Positions 62,112 through 64,000 of a stretch of 64,000 bases of DNA are shown piece by piece. Source of the stretch: Isurus oxyrinchus (lineage: Eukaryota); contig JANJGN010000026.1 of the NCBI GenBank assembly GCA_026770705.1, forward strand, positions 33,232,001-33,296,000. Reading direction: 5' to 3'. The position numbers and the translations under genes were made by a program. The notes beneath the pieces were generated by a model. It made no database searches. It saw nothing but the letters and a program-made list of their open reading frames with translations, and had not been told where the DNA came from. Position 1 is the stretch's first letter; each line of letters starts with the position of its first letter.

Positions 62112-63370
62112 GCTGCAGCTTTCTGGGTCGCAGTTGCTATCTGCTGAGGGCTGTTTATAACAACGAGTCAGACACTGGCACGTGAATCCATTCTGTGCCC
62201 ACAGACCCCGAGCACAATCCACATAAACACCATCTAAAATCACTCACATCGAATACTGATTCAGTCTGATTAGTGTATTCATTGTGTGAGGTCAAAATTG
62301 GCTTTTGTTTGATTGGGCTCTCTGGAAACGCGCAACTCCCATTGAGAATACAAACCCCTGTAGGCCGCCTGTAATCAGGTTTTTCCCTGTACCGCTGTTA
62401 TGGAAAGAACCCAGGGAAAAAGAACAAATAATGTTTGTTTTGAAATATCAGTCTATAGTGGGTCTTTGGTCACGTGTTGGTCAGACAAGACAAGGATGCC
62501 AAATTTCCTTCCCAAAAGGCATTGGTGAACTAGGTATTCGGTGTCAATCGATGTCATCACTTCATTATCACCATTACCGAGATTAGTTTTATACTCTAGA
62601 TTTATTAATTGAATTTAAGTTCCATCAGCTGTCGTGGTGTGATTTGAACCCGTGTTCCCCAAAGTGTTGGCCTGGATCCTGGATTACTAGTCCCGTGATA
62701 TTGCCAACACTCCAACATCTCCTCACATTTAGCATCAATTCCTGTCAGTAACATCAAAAACAATACAGACAACGACTACTCAGGTCCAAATTCGATTCCT
62801 GTGAGAGATTGTCTGACATTGGCCCTTTAATATGAAAACCAAGAAGCCCTAGATCCTATCAATGACCACATTCCACTTATCAATGGCCCCATTCTAAACA
62901 GGTCCGAACACACTTCGCCAGTAGAGGGCGTTCAGGGCATCACCAAGTCTCGTGAAAAGAACACCAAAGCCAATAGGGATGGTTTCTTGAGTGATGTTGC
63001 AATGGCCCCAGCCCTCTGCAGTGTGCACGTGGAACAATGAACTGAACAGAGCCCGGGTTCCTTCTCCACTTCTCAATCTCTGGATCGTTGAATTCACATT
63101 CACTGAGAAAGATTCAGTCAGACATTTATTTCTGATAATACTGACAGCTGTCTTGGACTGTCAATGCTGGATTATGTTCATCATTAAAATAAACAAATTA
63201 ACACAGTGATCCAATTGCAGCTTGTACAGGTATTCAGTGTTGTTAGCGATCCTGTATATGCATATTATGGACAGTTTGGTAGGTGGGAATTTACATAAAC
63301 TCATACAGCTAAACACAGGTTTAGATCGATCCGGTTTAACCTCCTGGATTTTGTTCCTCTAACTTCACAG

Positions 63371-63702
63371 GTGGACTATGTGCAGATGCAGTAACACAGT
63401 CTCTGGTGACACTGGCCGTGTCAGAAGGGGATTTGGTGAAGTGAGACTGCGGATATAAAACCCTGTATTTATACATCATGTAACAGTATTGGCAGAAACC
63501 GGCACAGCCTCCAAGCTGGATCATTAGCAAAGCAGCAGCACTGAAGGGATTGAAAATCTGAGAACGATATCTGGCTGCTGCTGACCAGGCTGCACAGCCC
63601 GATTACCTCAATGTAAGCAGCCTGGGTGTGGAGGACCGGGCGGTCAACTCATGTGCAGCGAGTCACAATGTCAGATAAAATCGAAGAACCCGGACAGTAA
63701 GC
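63371..63702 (+). pseudogene. TCR V pseudogene (same family as the 57-kb and 60-kb V segments) with 23-RSS (63664-63702)
   Basis: GLCADAVTQSLVTLAVSEGDLVK*DCGY...M*QYWQKPAQPPSW...YLNVSSLGVEDRAVNSCAAS, with multiple stops. RSS is CACAATG-23-ACAGTAAGC. Decayed leader at about 63124-63160. Confidence 0.85.
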
Positions 63703-64000
63703 TCAGCGAGTGTTCACATCTCCATTAATTTCTCTTTGGCTCTTTCATCTGCGGGAAACAAAGCCGACTGAGAACAAAGATTAGCAGGTTTGTTTATCAA
63801 ACAATTGCATTGCTGTTTTTGTCCTTCTCCACATCAACAGGGAACAGGTCTGGGAAATCTTGAGCCTTATCTTCATGTCCAGAGCTCTATCTACTCAGTA
63901 AATGTCTCGAAGTTCACCCGGAATATTGATGTGTGAACAGAGGTAGAGAAGGTTCTCAGATATTCAGTAACTAAAGCCTAACATTATGAAATGTTCTTCC

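Overview
Eukaryotic, repeat-rich vertebrate DNA, almost certainly from a cartilaginous fish (inferred from the NAR-type V domain and the repeat types). Bases 1-12.5 kb hold decayed C2H2 zinc-finger genes, tRNA pseudogenes and LINE/SINE repeats. From about 13.7 kb on, the window is a T-cell receptor alpha/delta-type V-segment array: 11 V segments in both orientations, most of them defective, nearly all with recognisable recombination signal sequences (RSS). The centrepiece is an apparently functional NAR-TCR cassette: leader + IgNAR-like V (16744-17222), a dedicated J (17604-17656) and a leaderless 'supporting' V-delta with an extra CDR1 cysteine (20272-20577). Unusually, this cassette shows no free D segment. 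The NAR-type V carries a D-like 3' extension and a 12-spacer RSS that can pair directly with the J's 23-spacer RSS, suggesting a germline V-D join. Other oddities: a tandemly duplicated 23-RSS after the supporting V; a leaderless V whose RSS spacer appears collapsed from 23 to 12 bp; two GPR139/142-like GPCR copies inside the V array (one intact, one pseudogene abutting a truncated V); CTCF-like and CRE-decamer motifs next to V segments; and a retroviral env-like remnant with a candidate LTR. All calls were made by eye, and repeat boundaries are approximate.
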